DNA of 64,000 nucleotides. Origin: Roseateles sp. Its GTDB lineage: Bacteria > Pseudomonadota > Gammaproteobacteria > Burkholderiales > Burkholderiaceae_C. The notes under the pieces were generated by a model. It was not told where the DNA came from. It did not search any database and saw only the letters and a program-made list of their open reading frames with translations. The position numbers were made by a program, and so were the translations under genes. Of this stretch, positions 32,956-42,283 are shown piece by piece (position 1 is the first letter of the stretch; the number at the start of each line of letters is the position of its first letter). The stretch spans positions 1,053,960-1,117,959 of the forward strand of contig NZ_CBDDJA010000002.1 in NCBI RefSeq assembly GCF_965229315.1, read 5' to 3'.

Positions 32956-33622
32956 GGCATCACTGCTGCAGCTGCTCTGGCTCGCCTCGCCCGCGTTGCC
33001 GGTGGGCGGCTTCAGCTATTCCGAGGGCCTGGAGGCCACGGTCGATGCGGGTGTGGTGCACGACGAAGCCAGTGCCGGCGACTGGCTGCTGAACCAGCTC
33101 GAACTCGTGCAGGCGCGCGCCGAGTTGCCGGTGGCCGCGGCGGCGCATGCCGCCACGCTGGCACTGGATGGCGCGCGGCTCGCCGAGTTGAACGCCTGGG
33201 TGCTGCAGACGCGCGAGACCAGCGAGAGCCTGCAGCAGGCCCAGCAGATGGGCCGCAGCCTGCTGGTGTGGATGCAAGGCCTGGTGGCCGATGTGCCCGT
33301 GCTGCCGTTGCTGCAGCAGCTCAGGCCGGCGCCCACGTGGCCCGTCGTCATGGGCGCGGTGGCTGCCTCGCGGGGTGCGGCACTGGAGCCTGCGCTGACG
33401 GCCATCGCCTTCGGCTGGGCCGAGAACCTGATGCAGGCCGCCGTGCGCTGCGTGCCGCTGGGCCAGACGTCGGGCCAGCGCCTGCTGGCACGTCTCGTGC
33501 AAGCCATCCCCCAAGCCGTGGCGACCGCACGGGCTGCTCCCGAGCCGATGGCGTTCGCGCCGCTGCTGGGCGTTCACGGCGCCCGCCACGAAACCCAATA
33601 TTCACGCCTGTTCCGCTCATGA
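32939..33622 (+). CDS. ureF: Urease accessory protein UreF
   Basis: [24 protein letters not shown]... The ATG at 32939 overlaps the end of ureE. Confidence 0.9.
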   Translation: MTTSTEASLLQLLWLASPALPVGGFSYSEGLEATVDAGVVHDEASAGDWLLNQLELVQARAELPVAAAAHAATLALDGARLAELNAWVLQTRETSESLQQAQQMGRSLLVWMQGLVADVPVLPLLQQLRPAPTWPVVMGAVAASRGAALEPALTAIAFGWAENLMQAAVRCVPLGQTSGQRLLARLVQAIPQAVATARAAPEPMAFAPLLGVHGARHETQYSRLFRS

Positions 33623-34269
33623 CATCTGCGCCTCTGCACGCCATCCCGAATCGCACCAAGAAGCTGCCGCCGCTGCGCGTGGGCGTGGGCGGCCCCGTGG
33701 GCTCCGGCAAGACCACGCTCGTCGAGATGCTGTGCAAGACCATGCGCGAGCGCTGGGATCTCGTCGTCGTCACGAACGACATCTACACCAAGGAAGACCA
33801 GCGCCTGCTGACCGTGGCTGGCGCGCTGGCGCCCGAGCGCATCATGGGCGTGGAGACCGGCGGCTGCCCGCACACCGCCATCCGCGAGGACTGCTCCATC
33901 AACCTCGAAGCCGTGGACCGCATGCTGGAGAAGTTCCCCGACGCGGACATCGTCTTCGTCGAGAGCGGCGGCGACAACCTAGCGGCCACGTTCAGCCCCG
34001 AACTGAGCGACCTGACCATCTACGTCATCGACGTGGCCGCCGGCGAGAAGATCCCGCGCAAGGGCGGCCCCGGCATCACGAAGAGCGACCTCTTCGTCAT
34101 CAACAAGACCGACCTGGCGCCGCATGTGGGTGCCGACCTGGACGTCATGCGCAGCGACACCGCCCGCATGCGGCCGGTGAAGCCCTGGGTCATGACCAAC
34201 CTCAAGACGCGCGACGGGCTGGCCGAGGTGGTGGCCTTCATCGAGAAGAAGGGCCTCCTTGTCGGCTGA
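33619..34269 (+). CDS. ureG: Urease accessory GTPase UreG
   Basis: [41 protein letters not shown]. The start overlaps the ureF stop (ATGA). Confidence 0.97.
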   Translation: MTSAPLHAIPNRTKKLPPLRVGVGGPVGSGKTTLVEMLCKTMRERWDLVVVTNDIYTKEDQRLLTVAGALAPERIMGVETGGCPHTAIREDCSINLEAVDRMLEKFPDADIVFVESGGDNLAATFSPELSDLTIYVIDVAAGEKIPRKGGPGITKSDLFVINKTDLAPHVGADLDVMRSDTARMRPVKPWVMTNLKTRDGLAEVVAFIEKKGLLVG

Positions 34270-35098
34270 GGTGGTCCGCTGGCCGGCGACATTGGCGCTG
34301 AGCGCGACGCAGGACGGCGCTGCTACGCGCGTCCACGCGCGCCACGACGGCCCGCTGCGGCTGCTGAAGACGCTGTACCCCGAAGGCCAGCTCATCGCCC
34401 ACGCGGTGCTGGTGCATCCGCCTGGCGGCTTGGTGGGCGGCGACCGGCTCGACATCGACATCGACGTTCAGCCCGGCGCACACCTGCTGGTCACGACGCC
34501 GGCGGCGACGCGCTTCTACCGCTCCGTCGCCGGCGAAGCTGTGCAGGCCGTGACGGCCCGTGTGGCCGCTGGCGCACGGCTGGAATGGCTGCCGCAGGAA
34601 ACCATCGCCTACAGCGGCTGCGAGGGCCGCAACGAGGTGCGGCTGCAGCTCGACGAAGGCGCCAGCCTCATCGCCGGCGAGGTGCTGGTGCTGGGCCTGC
34701 CCGCGGCCGGCCTGGCCTTCGAGCGCGGCCGCATGCTGCAGCACCTGGCGCTACCGGGCCGCTGGCTGGACCGTGGCTGGCTGCGCGCCGGCGACGCGGC
34801 GCTGCTGGACGGCCCCTGCGGCCTGGCCGGCCACCGCGTGCTGGGCACGCTGGCGTTTGCGCAGACCGCGCCGCTGGCTGACGTCGAGACCTTGCTGACC
34901 GACAGCCGCGCCTGCCTGGACGGCGTGCCGCTGTCGGGCGTCACGCACCTGGCCGGACCGCAGGGCCCGCTGCTGCTGGCGCGCGTCGTCGGCGACGAGG
35001 TCGAGGCGATGACGCTGGCGCTGCGCCGCGTCCGCGCGCTATGGCGCGAGCGGCTGTGGGGCCTGCCCGGGGGGGACCCGCGCATATGGGCGACCTGA
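34259..35098 (+). CDS. ureD: Urease accessory protein UreD/UreH
   Basis: [18 protein letters not shown]...[13 protein letters not shown]...LEWLPQETI. The TTG start overlaps the end of ureG; GTG 34271 is an alternative start. Confidence 0.88.
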   Translation: MSAEVVRWPATLALSATQDGAATRVHARHDGPLRLLKTLYPEGQLIAHAVLVHPPGGLVGGDRLDIDIDVQPGAHLLVTTPAATRFYRSVAGEAVQAVTARVAAGARLEWLPQETIAYSGCEGRNEVRLQLDEGASLIAGEVLVLGLPAAGLAFERGRMLQHLALPGRWLDRGWLRAGDAALLDGPCGLAGHRVLGTLAFAQTAPLADVETLLTDSRACLDGVPLSGVTHLAGPQGPLLLARVVGDEVEAMTLALRRVRALWRERLWGLPGGDPRIWAT

Positions 35099-35105
35099 CG
35101 CCGCG

Positions 35106-36005
35106 TCAGCGCGGGCCGGCTTGCCAGGCGCGCAGCAGCCGGTAGAGCTCGGCCGGCGTCGTCTTGAGGCCGCGCAGCACCAGCGGCGGCACGTCGGGCG
35201 CCCGGTGGAGGGCGACGACGGTGCCCTCCAGCAGTTGCTGCGGGTCGTCCTCGACGCTGATGTCCCGCACGCTGGCGCGTGTGATCGAAATCTGCCGGAA
35301 CGGCCAGCCGACTTCCAGGCTCTCTGGCCGCAGTCGCAGCAGCGAGGGCGTCGTCGCGAAGTCCCACGCGCCAAGCACGAGGAAGAAGGCCGCGCCGCCG
35401 TAGGCCGTCCATGGCTTGTCGTCCTGCAGCCACAGGCACAGTGCCGCCATGCCGGCCGCGCCGGCCAGCCTCAGCGCGCGTGACGACCAGGGCTGGCGAA
35501 CCACGCCGTCGGGCGGCATGGCGAAGGGCGGCAGCACCGCCCGCTCCAGCACGCGCATGCGCAGCCGCGAGAAGTCAGTCAGCACGCATTCCAGCGACGC
35601 ACGGACGTGGCCGGCGGCGTCCAGCAGTTCCAGCCGCTTCAGCAGCGGCCAGTCGCGCAGCGCTGTGATGTGGGTCCATGGCACCAGGCCTGCTGCCTTG
35701 CCGTCGCGCGTGGCCCACAGCCCGTCGCCGTCCACCGACGTCGCGGTTCGGCCGACGCGACGCGCCGGGCCCAGCAGTGCCAGCGTCAGCAGCCCGAAGG
35801 CGCCGCCGCCGAGCACCGCCACCCAGGCCAGCAGCGCGCTGTTGTCGTGGCAGGACTGCGGGTCGTCGGCCGCGGTGAACGGCAGCATGGCCAGGAAGAC
35901 CGCTGTGCCGGCCGTCATCCACGGCGCGAGCCAGTACAGCCAGCGCATCACGCGCGGCATCTCGAAATGCTCGGCAGCGACGGGCCACGGCGGCATTGAA
36001 CTCAC
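35106..36005 (-). CDS. Hypothetical membrane protein (two TM pairs, each followed by a soluble module)
   Basis: Track ORF with G/C-rich third positions. No family recognised. Start is GTG 36005 or ATG 35996. Confidence 0.55.
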   Translation of the reverse strand: MSSMPPWPVAAEHFEMPRVMRWLYWLAPWMTAGTAVFLAMLPFTAADDPQSCHDNSALLAWVAVLGGGAFGLLTLALLGPARRVGRTATSVDGDGLWATRDGKAAGLVPWTHITALRDWPLLKRLELLDAAGHVRASLECVLTDFSRLRMRVLERAVLPPFAMPPDGVVRQPWSSRALRLAGAAGMAALCLWLQDDKPWTAYGGAAFFLVLGAWDFATTPSLLRLRPESLEVGWPFRQISITRASVRDISVEDDPQQLLEGTVVALHRAPDVPPLVLRGLKTTPAELYRLLRAWQAGPR

Positions 36006-36008
36006 GGT

Positions 36009-36143
36009 TCAGTCGGCCACGACCCGCGCCAGGCTGTGCACCGCGGTGGGGATGTGATCGAGCCGCACCAGCGGCTGGGCCGTGGCGGGCAGGCAGGCGG
36101 CAAACGCCAGGGCAATGAGCCAGCGTGTCACGACGTCTCCCAT
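36009..36143 (-). CDS. Possible small secreted peptide or lipoprotein (40-44 aa)
   Basis: Own translation: MGDV-VTRWLIALAFAACLPATAQPLVRLDHIPTAVHSLARVVAD*. An internal GTG (36131) is preceded by GGAG. G/C-rich third positions. The stop lies 3 nt before the downstream gene start. Below the ORF-track size cutoff. Confidence 0.3.
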   Translation of the reverse strand: MGDVVTRWLIALAFAACLPATAQPLVRLDHIPTAVHSLARVVAD

Positions 36144-36256
36144 GTGGGGGCGCGGCGGCGGTTCAGCCCCGCGCCGGTGGCAGGGTCATGCGCGGTGGCG
36201 CCAGGCGGTCGGCACGGCGGCTGCATGGCCGCCGATCTTCGCCGATCGGCGCGGTC

Positions 36257-37027
36257 TCACGCCTCGTCGCCGCCCGGCATCTGCTGGCGCAGCTTGACCT
36301 TGGTCGCCGAGTTCTTGCGCATCTTGATGTTCATCATCTCGACACCCAGCGAGAACGCCATCGCGAAGTAGATGTAGCCCTTGGGCACGTGGTGGCCGAA
36401 GCCTTCCGCCACCAGCACCACGCCCACGACGACGAGGAAACTGAGCGCCAGCATCTTGATCGTCGGGTGGTTGGACACGAAGCGGCCGATGGGACCGGCG
36501 AACAGCATCATCATCGCGACCGAGCAGACCACGGCGGCGATCATGATGCGCACGTCGTCCACCATGCCGACGGCCGTGATGATGGAGTCCAGCGAGAACA
36601 CCAGGTCGATCAGCATGATCTGCACGATGACCGCGCCGAACGCGGCCTTGGCCTTGCCGGCCGTCGTGCCGTGGGCGTCGTCCTCGCCTTCCAGCGAGCC
36701 GTGGATTTCGCCGGTGCTCTTCCAGATCAGGAACAGGCCGCCGGCAATGAGGATGAGGTCGCGGCCGGAGATGCCCTTGTCGAGGACGGGCAGCGTGAAC
36801 AGCGGCTCCACCATGCCGACGATCCACGCCAGCATCATCAGCAGGCCGATGCGCATGAACATGGCCATGAACAGGCCCAGGCGGCGCGCGAATTCCTGGC
36901 GCGCCTTGGGCAGCTTGTCCACCAGGATGCTGATGAAGATGATGTTGTCGATGCCCAGCACCAGCTCCAGCGCGGTCAGCGTGGCGAGGGCGATCCAGGT
37001 CTGCGGGTTGGACAGCAGTTCGAGCAT
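36257..37027 (-). CDS. terC: TerC-family integral membrane protein
   Basis: ELVLGIDNIIFISIL... and ...DLVFSLDSIITAVGM, the duplicated TerC signature; 256 aa. Confidence 0.92.
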   Translation of the reverse strand: MLELLSNPQTWIALATLTALELVLGIDNIIFISILVDKLPKARQEFARRLGLFMAMFMRIGLLMMLAWIVGMVEPLFTLPVLDKGISGRDLILIAGGLFLIWKSTGEIHGSLEGEDDAHGTTAGKAKAAFGAVIVQIMLIDLVFSLDSIITAVGMVDDVRIMIAAVVCSVAMMMLFAGPIGRFVSNHPTIKMLALSFLVVVGVVLVAEGFGHHVPKGYIYFAMAFSLGVEMMNIKMRKNSATKVKLRQQMPGGDEA

Positions 37028-37144
37028 GGGCAGGGATGGTATGGCGAGCCCGTGATTTTCGTCAGCCGCCGCCCGGGCCGCACGCAGTGGCGGACTGACG
37101 GACAGTTCGGTTTTCCGGGGGTTATGGGCGCCGCGGGACTTCGG

Positions 37145-38137
37145 CTACGCCTGCTGCGCCGGGCGCCGGGCGCCCGAGGGCGAACCCGGCCAGCCGGCGG
37201 CCGCCCAGGCGCGACGCAACTGCAGCTCGGAGCTGAAGCCGGCCGCATCGCTGGCCGCTGCCACGCTGGCGCCGGCCGCCAGTGCCCGTTTCGCGACGGC
37301 CAGCCGCACGCCGCGCAGGTAGGCCTGCGGGCTGGTGCCGGCGTGCTGCGCGAACAGCCGGCTCAGCGTGCGCGGCGTCGTGGCGGCCAGGCCGGCCATG
37401 CGCGCCAGCGGCCAGTCCTCGCCCGGCGCCCGGCTCAATGCATCCTGCACGCGGTGCAGCCGTGCGTTCAGGTGCTGGCGGTGCGCCAGCAGCGGCGACA
37501 GCTCCGGGTCGCCCGGGCCGCGGCGCAGCGCCACGGCCATCTGCTCGGCCACACGGGCGGCCACCAGTTCGCCGGCATGCTCGGCAATCAGGTGCAGCGC
37601 GAGGTCGATGCCGGCCGTCACGCCGGCGCTGGTGAACAGCTCGCCGTCGCGCACGAAGACGCGGTCCTGCAGCACGGTGCAGCGCGGCGCGAGGCGGGCG
37701 AGGTCGTCCAGGTGATGGTGGTGCGTCGTGGCGCGACGGCCGTCCAGCAGGCCGGCCTGGGCGGCGAGCAGCGCGCCGGAGCAGACCGTCACGAGGCGCA
37801 GGCCCGCGCGGCCCGGTGCGAGGTGGGCCAGCCACGCGAGCAGCTCGCGCCTGGCGGAGGGTGCGCGCGCCTCGGCGGCGGAGGTGCGGCCGACCAGCAC
37901 CACCCAGCTCCCGTCGGGCAACGTGTCCGGCAGCGGCTCCAGCGCCTGCAGTCGTATGCCCACCGAGCCGGTGGCCTCGGCCCGCGGGCCGGCGAAGCGC
38001 AAGTCGAGTGCCGGCACGTCCAGCTTCAGCGCGGTGACCTCCAGGCTGGCCAGGCGCAAGGCCTCGGCCGGGCCGGCCCAGTCGAGCACGAGGCTGTCGT
38101 CCTGCAGCACGAACAGGACCTGCTTGGGCTCAGGCAA
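37145..38137 (-). CDS. GlxA-type transcriptional regulator (DJ-1/PfpI domain plus AraC HTH)
   Basis: VTVCSGALLAAQAGLLDGRRATTHH (DJ-1-like nucleophile elbow) and a C-terminal AraC HTH. Confidence 0.85.
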   Translation of the reverse strand: MPEPKQVLFVLQDDSLVLDWAGPAEALRLASLEVTALKLDVPALDLRFAGPRAEATGSVGIRLQALEPLPDTLPDGSWVVLVGRTSAAEARAPSARRELLAWLAHLAPGRAGLRLVTVCSGALLAAQAGLLDGRRATTHHHHLDDLARLAPRCTVLQDRVFVRDGELFTSAGVTAGIDLALHLIAEHAGELVAARVAEQMAVALRRGPGDPELSPLLAHRQHLNARLHRVQDALSRAPGEDWPLARMAGLAATTPRTLSRLFAQHAGTSPQAYLRGVRLAVAKRALAAGASVAAASDAAGFSSELQLRRAWAAAGWPGSPSGARRPAQQA

Positions 38138-38708
38138 CGGCGGCTTCCCGGGCAGTGACCACCTGCAGCGCGGCCTCGGTGTCCAGCACGCGGGCGAAGC
38201 GGCCGTCCAGCACGGCGGCCGTGCGGGCGCGGAGCTGCGCGGGCGTCAGCGGGCTGCCGTCGGGGTGCTGCATCGTGAACGTGAGCGTCGCTTCGGGCAC
38301 GTAGATGACATCCCAGCCCAGGTCGCTGGCGTGCCGCGTGGTTGTCTCGCAGCATTGCTCGGTGCGGATGCCGCTGATGACGAGCTGGCGGATGCCGTGC
38401 CGCGTCAGCCACACGTCCAGGCCGCTGCCGACCAGCGCGCTGTGGCGGGCCTTGTGCACGGTGAGGTCGGCCGTGAAGTCGCGCAAGCCGTCCAGCGGCC
38501 GCACGTGGCCGCTCAGCAGGCTGAAGGGGTCGGTGCCGCTTGCATCGGGCTGCACGTGGAACACGCGGACGATGGGCAGGCCTGCGGCCTGGAAGCCTTC
38601 GATGAGGCGGTTCTGCGCGGCAAGGTAGGCGGGCAGGTCCTCGGTTTCGAACGTGGGGCGCTGGGTGAAGGAGTGCTGGACGTCGATGACGATCAGGGCG
38701 GTGGTCAT
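38130..38708 (-). CDS. Isochorismatase-family cysteine hydrolase
   Basis: ALIVIDVQHSF...K..HSAL...LVISGIRTEQCCETT catalytic D-K-C pattern. Overlaps the start of the GlxA-type gene by 8 nt. Confidence 0.88.
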   Translation of the reverse strand: MTTALIVIDVQHSFTQRPTFETEDLPAYLAAQNRLIEGFQAAGLPIVRVFHVQPDASGTDPFSLLSGHVRPLDGLRDFTADLTVHKARHSALVGSGLDVWLTRHGIRQLVISGIRTEQCCETTTRHASDLGWDVIYVPEATLTFTMQHPDGSPLTPAQLRARTAAVLDGRFARVLDTEAALQVVTAREAAVA

Positions 38709-38795
38709 GGCGGGCCTCGGGGCGTGGATGGAGGCGGCCAGTGTTCCTCTGCCGGGCAGGCGCCGCCACGCACGGCCAGACGGAGATCGATCAAT

Positions 38796-39809
38796 TCAGG
38801 ACAAACCGAGTGCGCGCAGCAGCTCGGCCGGTGCGTAGGGCTGGCGGCGCCGGGGCCAGGCCGTCACGAGGTCGCGCATGCGAGCGTTCAGCGGCGCGCT
38901 GCGGCCCAGGCTGCGCGCCAGGCGCACCACCTCGCCGCACAGCGCGTCGATCTCCGTGACGCGGTCGTGCGCCAGGTCGTCGGCCATGCTGGAGCGCGCC
39001 TGGGCGTCGATGCGCAGCATGCGCGCCGCCGCCAGCCGGAACACGAACGTGGGCATGCGCAGCAGCACCAGCAGCCGGCGCGGCGGCAGCGGCGTGAGCT
39101 GCGCGACCGGGCAGCGGGCGGCGTCCAGCAGGTCGAGCGCCTCCTGCTGCAGCGCGGCGAACGCGCGCCGGTAGCCGCGCTGCAGCAGCTCGTCACGCAG
39201 CGGCCGGCCTGACAAGGCATTGACCGGGTTGTTCAGGTTCAGCAGCAGCTTGCCCCACTGCACCGGCGCAAGGTCGGCATGCAGGTCCAGCCGCATGCCC
39301 ACGCGGGCCAGCGCGGTCTGCCAGGCGCCCAGCGCCACGTCGGCCGGGCCGCCCTCGGCGGCCAGCGCGCCGCCCGTGCCGCGGTGGTAGTGCCCGGGGC
39401 CGATCTCGGCGATGTTGTACGGCACCATGCCGGCGTGCCAATGCAGTTGCGGCACGGCCTGGCGCGCGGCATCGGCGTTGGCTATGCCGTTCTGCAGGCT
39501 GACGACCGGTGTGCCCAGCGGCAGCGTCAGGCCCAGCGCCGTGGCGGCCTCCACCGTGGCGCCGGACTTCACGCACAGCAGCACGAGGTCGGGCTTCAGG
39601 CCGGCGGGCGGCTCCTCGTGCAGGCGCAGTTGCAGCGGCGGGATGTGGCGGTCCAGGCCGTCCTGGTCGGTCAGCCGCAGGCCGTGCTTTCGCAGCGCCG
39701 CCAGCACGCGTGGGCGGCCCACGAAGTGCACCGGCACGCCGGCCAACTGGGTCAGGCCGCCGACGAAGCAGCCGACGGAGCCGGCGCCCATGACGAGAAC
39801 GCCGGTCAT
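38796..39809 (-). CDS. 2-dehydropantoate 2-reductase (ApbA/PanE) family oxidoreductase
   Basis: MTGVLVMGAGSVGCFVGG Rossmann start (internal ATG of the track ORF); LCVKS, QNGI, WGKLLLN motifs. Confidence 0.82.
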   Translation of the reverse strand: MTGVLVMGAGSVGCFVGGLTQLAGVPVHFVGRPRVLAALRKHGLRLTDQDGLDRHIPPLQLRLHEEPPAGLKPDLVLLCVKSGATVEAATALGLTLPLGTPVVSLQNGIANADAARQAVPQLHWHAGMVPYNIAEIGPGHYHRGTGGALAAEGGPADVALGAWQTALARVGMRLDLHADLAPVQWGKLLLNLNNPVNALSGRPLRDELLQRGYRRAFAALQQEALDLLDAARCPVAQLTPLPPRRLLVLLRMPTFVFRLAAARMLRIDAQARSSMADDLAHDRVTEIDALCGEVVRLARSLGRSAPLNARMRDLVTAWPRRRQPYAPAELLRALGLS

Positions 39810-39832
39810 CGGGTCAGCGAACCACGAGGAGG

Positions 39833-39955
39833 TTAGCGGGCCGAGCGCCTGGCCGCTCCCAAGCTGGCCCGCGCCAGCGATGCGCGAGCGGCTCAATGCC
39901 GTGAGCATCGCCGTCCCGTCGGGGGACCGGCCAAGGTAAGCCTTGGACGAGGGGC
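39833..39955 (-). repeat. About 120-nt multi-hairpin intergenic repeat, copy 1
   Basis: The reverse complement aligns nearly base-for-base with 50866-50986 (GCCCCTCGTCCAAGG.TTACCTTGGCCGGTCCCCCGA.GGGACGGCGATG...GGCATTGAGCCG...GGGAGCGGCC.GGCGCTCGGC). Confidence 0.85.
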
Positions 39956-39956
39956 G

Positions 39957-40493
39957 TCAAGGATGGGCCAGGTCGCGCAGGTGCGTCGGGCCGACGCGGC
40001 GTTCGATCTCGGCCAGCAGCGGGCGCCCCCAGCCGAGCATGAACATCGCCTCGCCGACGACGAACATCGGGCCGACGAGCAGGCCCACGAGGTCGTCGAC
40101 GAACGCCGGCTTCTTGCCCTCGTAGTAATGGCCGATGAACTGGAACACCCAGCCGACGACGAAGCTGCCGACGCCCACGGTCAGCCAGCCGGCCGTCGAG
40201 CCCTGGGCCATGGGCATGGCCAGCGCGGTCAGCACGCCGTTGACGATGGCCGTCGCGGCGCCCAGCACGAGGTTGCCGCGCGTCAGATACCACAGCGCCG
40301 TCACGGCCCACAGCACGATGGCCGCGTTCATGGGCGCATCGGTCACGGTGAACTCGGCGCGCGACAGCAGCACGCTGATGGCGAAGACGATGAGGGGGAT
40401 GCCGATGAAGTGCGTCGCGATGTTGCGGCGGTCGCGGTGGTAGGCGGCGTACTGCGTCATCAGGTCGAGAGCGGGGCGGAACAGGCTGGCCAT
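39957..40493 (-). CDS. DUF962 (Mpo1/YGL010w-like) membrane protein
   Basis: MASLFRPALDLMTQYAAYHRDRRNIATHFIGIP...FQFIGHYYEGKKPAFVDD. Internal ATG of the long track ORF. Confidence 0.8.
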   Translation of the reverse strand: MASLFRPALDLMTQYAAYHRDRRNIATHFIGIPLIVFAISVLLSRAEFTVTDAPMNAAIVLWAVTALWYLTRGNLVLGAATAIVNGVLTALAMPMAQGSTAGWLTVGVGSFVVGWVFQFIGHYYEGKKPAFVDDLVGLLVGPMFVVGEAMFMLGWGRPLLAEIERRVGPTHLRDLAHP

Positions 40494-40581
40494 CGTTGCG
40501 GCTCCATGCAGGAGGATGGGGGCTATGCTAGTCCAGCCTGGCGCGGGCGTGCCCTGCCGGGCCTGACAAATCCCCAGCAAA

Positions 40582-41208
40582 GTGCCCGACTTGAGCTTGC
40601 AAACGACATTCACGCGGCGACTCTCGCTGGCTGTGGCGCTGGCTGCGCTGGCGGGCTGCGCCGGTGCGCCGCCGGGCTCGGCGCCTGCGGTCGCGGCCTT
40701 CGAAGGCAACGACTTGCGGGTGCTGGTGTTCCGTGGTGGCGCGGCGGCTCGCCTGGGCCACAACCACGTGCTGCGGGCGGGCGACCTGCGCGTGGACTGG
40801 CCGGCCGCGGGCCCGGTGCTGCGCCTGCGGCTGGATGCGCTGGAGGTCGACCCGCCCGCGCTGCGCGCGACCCTGGGCCCGGGCTTTGCCAGCGCGATGG
40901 ACGACACGGACCGCGCCGGCACGCGCACCAACCTGTTGAAGGCGTTGGACGGGGCAGCCCATCCGGAGGTCGTCGTGCGCACGCTGCAGCAGGTGGGGGA
41001 GGGCGGCCTGCGCGCCGTGGAGGCGGAGATCACGCTGCACGGCGCCACGCGCCGTCAGTGGTTCGTCGCCCACGTGGACGGCCGGCGGGCGCTGGGCGAG
41101 GTCGTCATCCGGCAGAGCGACTTCGGCATCCAGCCGTTCACGGTGATGGGCGGGCTGCTGGCCGTGAAGGACGAACTGGTGATCCAGTTCGAGCTAGTCC
41201 AGCCTTAG
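40582..41208 (+). CDS. YceI-like periplasmic lipoprotein
   Basis: Lipobox LAGCAG, then ...LGHNHVL...ITLHGATR...SDFGIQPF, typical of the YceI domain. Non-ATG start, so the exact start is uncertain. Confidence 0.75.
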   Translation: MPDLSLQTTFTRRLSLAVALAALAGCAGAPPGSAPAVAAFEGNDLRVLVFRGGAAARLGHNHVLRAGDLRVDWPAAGPVLRLRLDALEVDPPALRATLGPGFASAMDDTDRAGTRTNLLKALDGAAHPEVVVRTLQQVGEGGLRAVEAEITLHGATRRQWFVAHVDGRRALGEVVIRQSDFGIQPFTVMGGLLAVKDELVIQFELVQP

Positions 41209-41721
41209 GCGCATCAGGTCCTTGCCCAGGCTGCGGCCATCGGGCAGGCGTATCGCATCCGACAGCGTGCCGTAGCGCTCGAAGCCCAGGGTTTCGTACA
41301 GGCCGATGGCGGCGCGGTTGGTCGCCGTCACGCTCAGCGTGACCTGGGCCAGACCGGGCGTGGCGCGCAGCTTGTCGAGAGCGGCGGCCAGCAGCGCCCG
41401 GCCGATGCCGCGGCCGCGGTGGGTGTCGGCCACCATCATGCCGATCAGGTGGGCGATGTGCTGCACCTTGCGCCGGGGCTCGCGCTCGCAGGTCAGCGCG
41501 CCGACGAGGCGGGTGCCTTCCAGCGCGACGAGCGTGAACAGTGTGGCGCCGTTCGCGCCGCCGGTGAGCCGGCTGCGGTAGCTGGCCAGGTCGCGCCGGC
41601 TTTCGGTCTCGGCGTCCGACGTGAAGGCGTCAGGGTGGCGGGTCAGCATCGCGTCGCGCAGCGCCTTGTAGGCCGGCAGGTCCGGCTCCAGCATCGCCCG
41701 GATGTTGACGGTGTCAGTCAC
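41194..41721 (-). CDS. GNAT-family N-acetyltransferase
   Basis: HRGRGIGRALLAAAL...GLYETLGFE acetyl-CoA binding motif. Confidence 0.88.
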   Translation of the reverse strand: MTDTVNIRAMLEPDLPAYKALRDAMLTRHPDAFTSDAETESRRDLASYRSRLTGGANGATLFTLVALEGTRLVGALTCEREPRRKVQHIAHLIGMMVADTHRGRGIGRALLAAALDKLRATPGLAQVTLSVTATNRAAIGLYETLGFERYGTLSDAIRLPDGRSLGKDLMRLRLD

Positions 41722-42283
41722 GCTGCGCCTCCAGTTCGGCCGCCGTATTGAGGTTGGCGAAGGCCGCTTCGTCGTCGAACTGCGCGACGCCGTGCGGCTG
41801 AGCGGTCATCCAGCGCAGCACGGCCCGGCCGCCGCCGTCCAGGTAGGCGGCCAGCGGCGCGCGCAGGCGGGCGTGCAGCAACGCGTGCGTCGGGTGGTCG
41901 CGGGCCGCGTGCGCGAATGCCAGGCCGTGCGGCTCGGCGGCGGCCCGCAGGCGGGCGGCCAGGTCGTGCGGCAGGCGAGGGCCGTCGCAGGGCGCGGTCA
42001 GCAGCCAGGCGTCGTCGGGGATCGCGCGCAGGCCGGCCAGCATGCCGGCCAGCGGCCCGGCGAATTCGAGGCCGGGCGGGTCTGCCAGCACGCCGTGGCC
42101 AAGCGCGGCGTAGCGGTCGGCGTTGCGGTTGGCGCTGATGAGCACGCGGCAGGCCTGTGCCGTCAGGCGGGCGACGACGTGGGCGGCGAGCGGCCGGCCG
42201 TCCAGCAGTTGCAAGCCCTTGTCCACGCCCCCCATGCGGCTGCCTCGGCCGCCAGCGAGGACGAGGGCGTGGATGTCAGCCAC
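41714..42283 (-). CDS. mobA: Molybdenum cofactor guanylyltransferase
   Basis: [18 protein letters not shown]...[10 protein letters not shown]...APCDGP. Confidence 0.9.
   Translation of the reverse strand: MADIHALVLAGGRGSRMGGVDKGLQLLDGRPLAAHVVARLTAQACRVLISANRNADRYAALGHGVLADPPGLEFAGPLAGMLAGLRAIPDDAWLLTAPCDGPRLPHDLAARLRAAAEPHGLAFAHAARDHPTHALLHARLRAPLAAYLDGGGRAVLRWMTAQPHGVAQFDDEAAFANLNTAAELEAQRD

Noticed and set aside
37028-37144. Possible yybP-ykoY (Mn) riboswitch or terminator upstream of terC. A hairpin GTCAGCCGCC...GGCGGACTGAC lies at about 37061-37100.
   Set aside because: No yybP-ykoY consensus is visible. On the transcribed (minus) strand the hairpin is followed by an A-rich tract, not a U-rich one, so it is not a canonical intrinsic terminator either.
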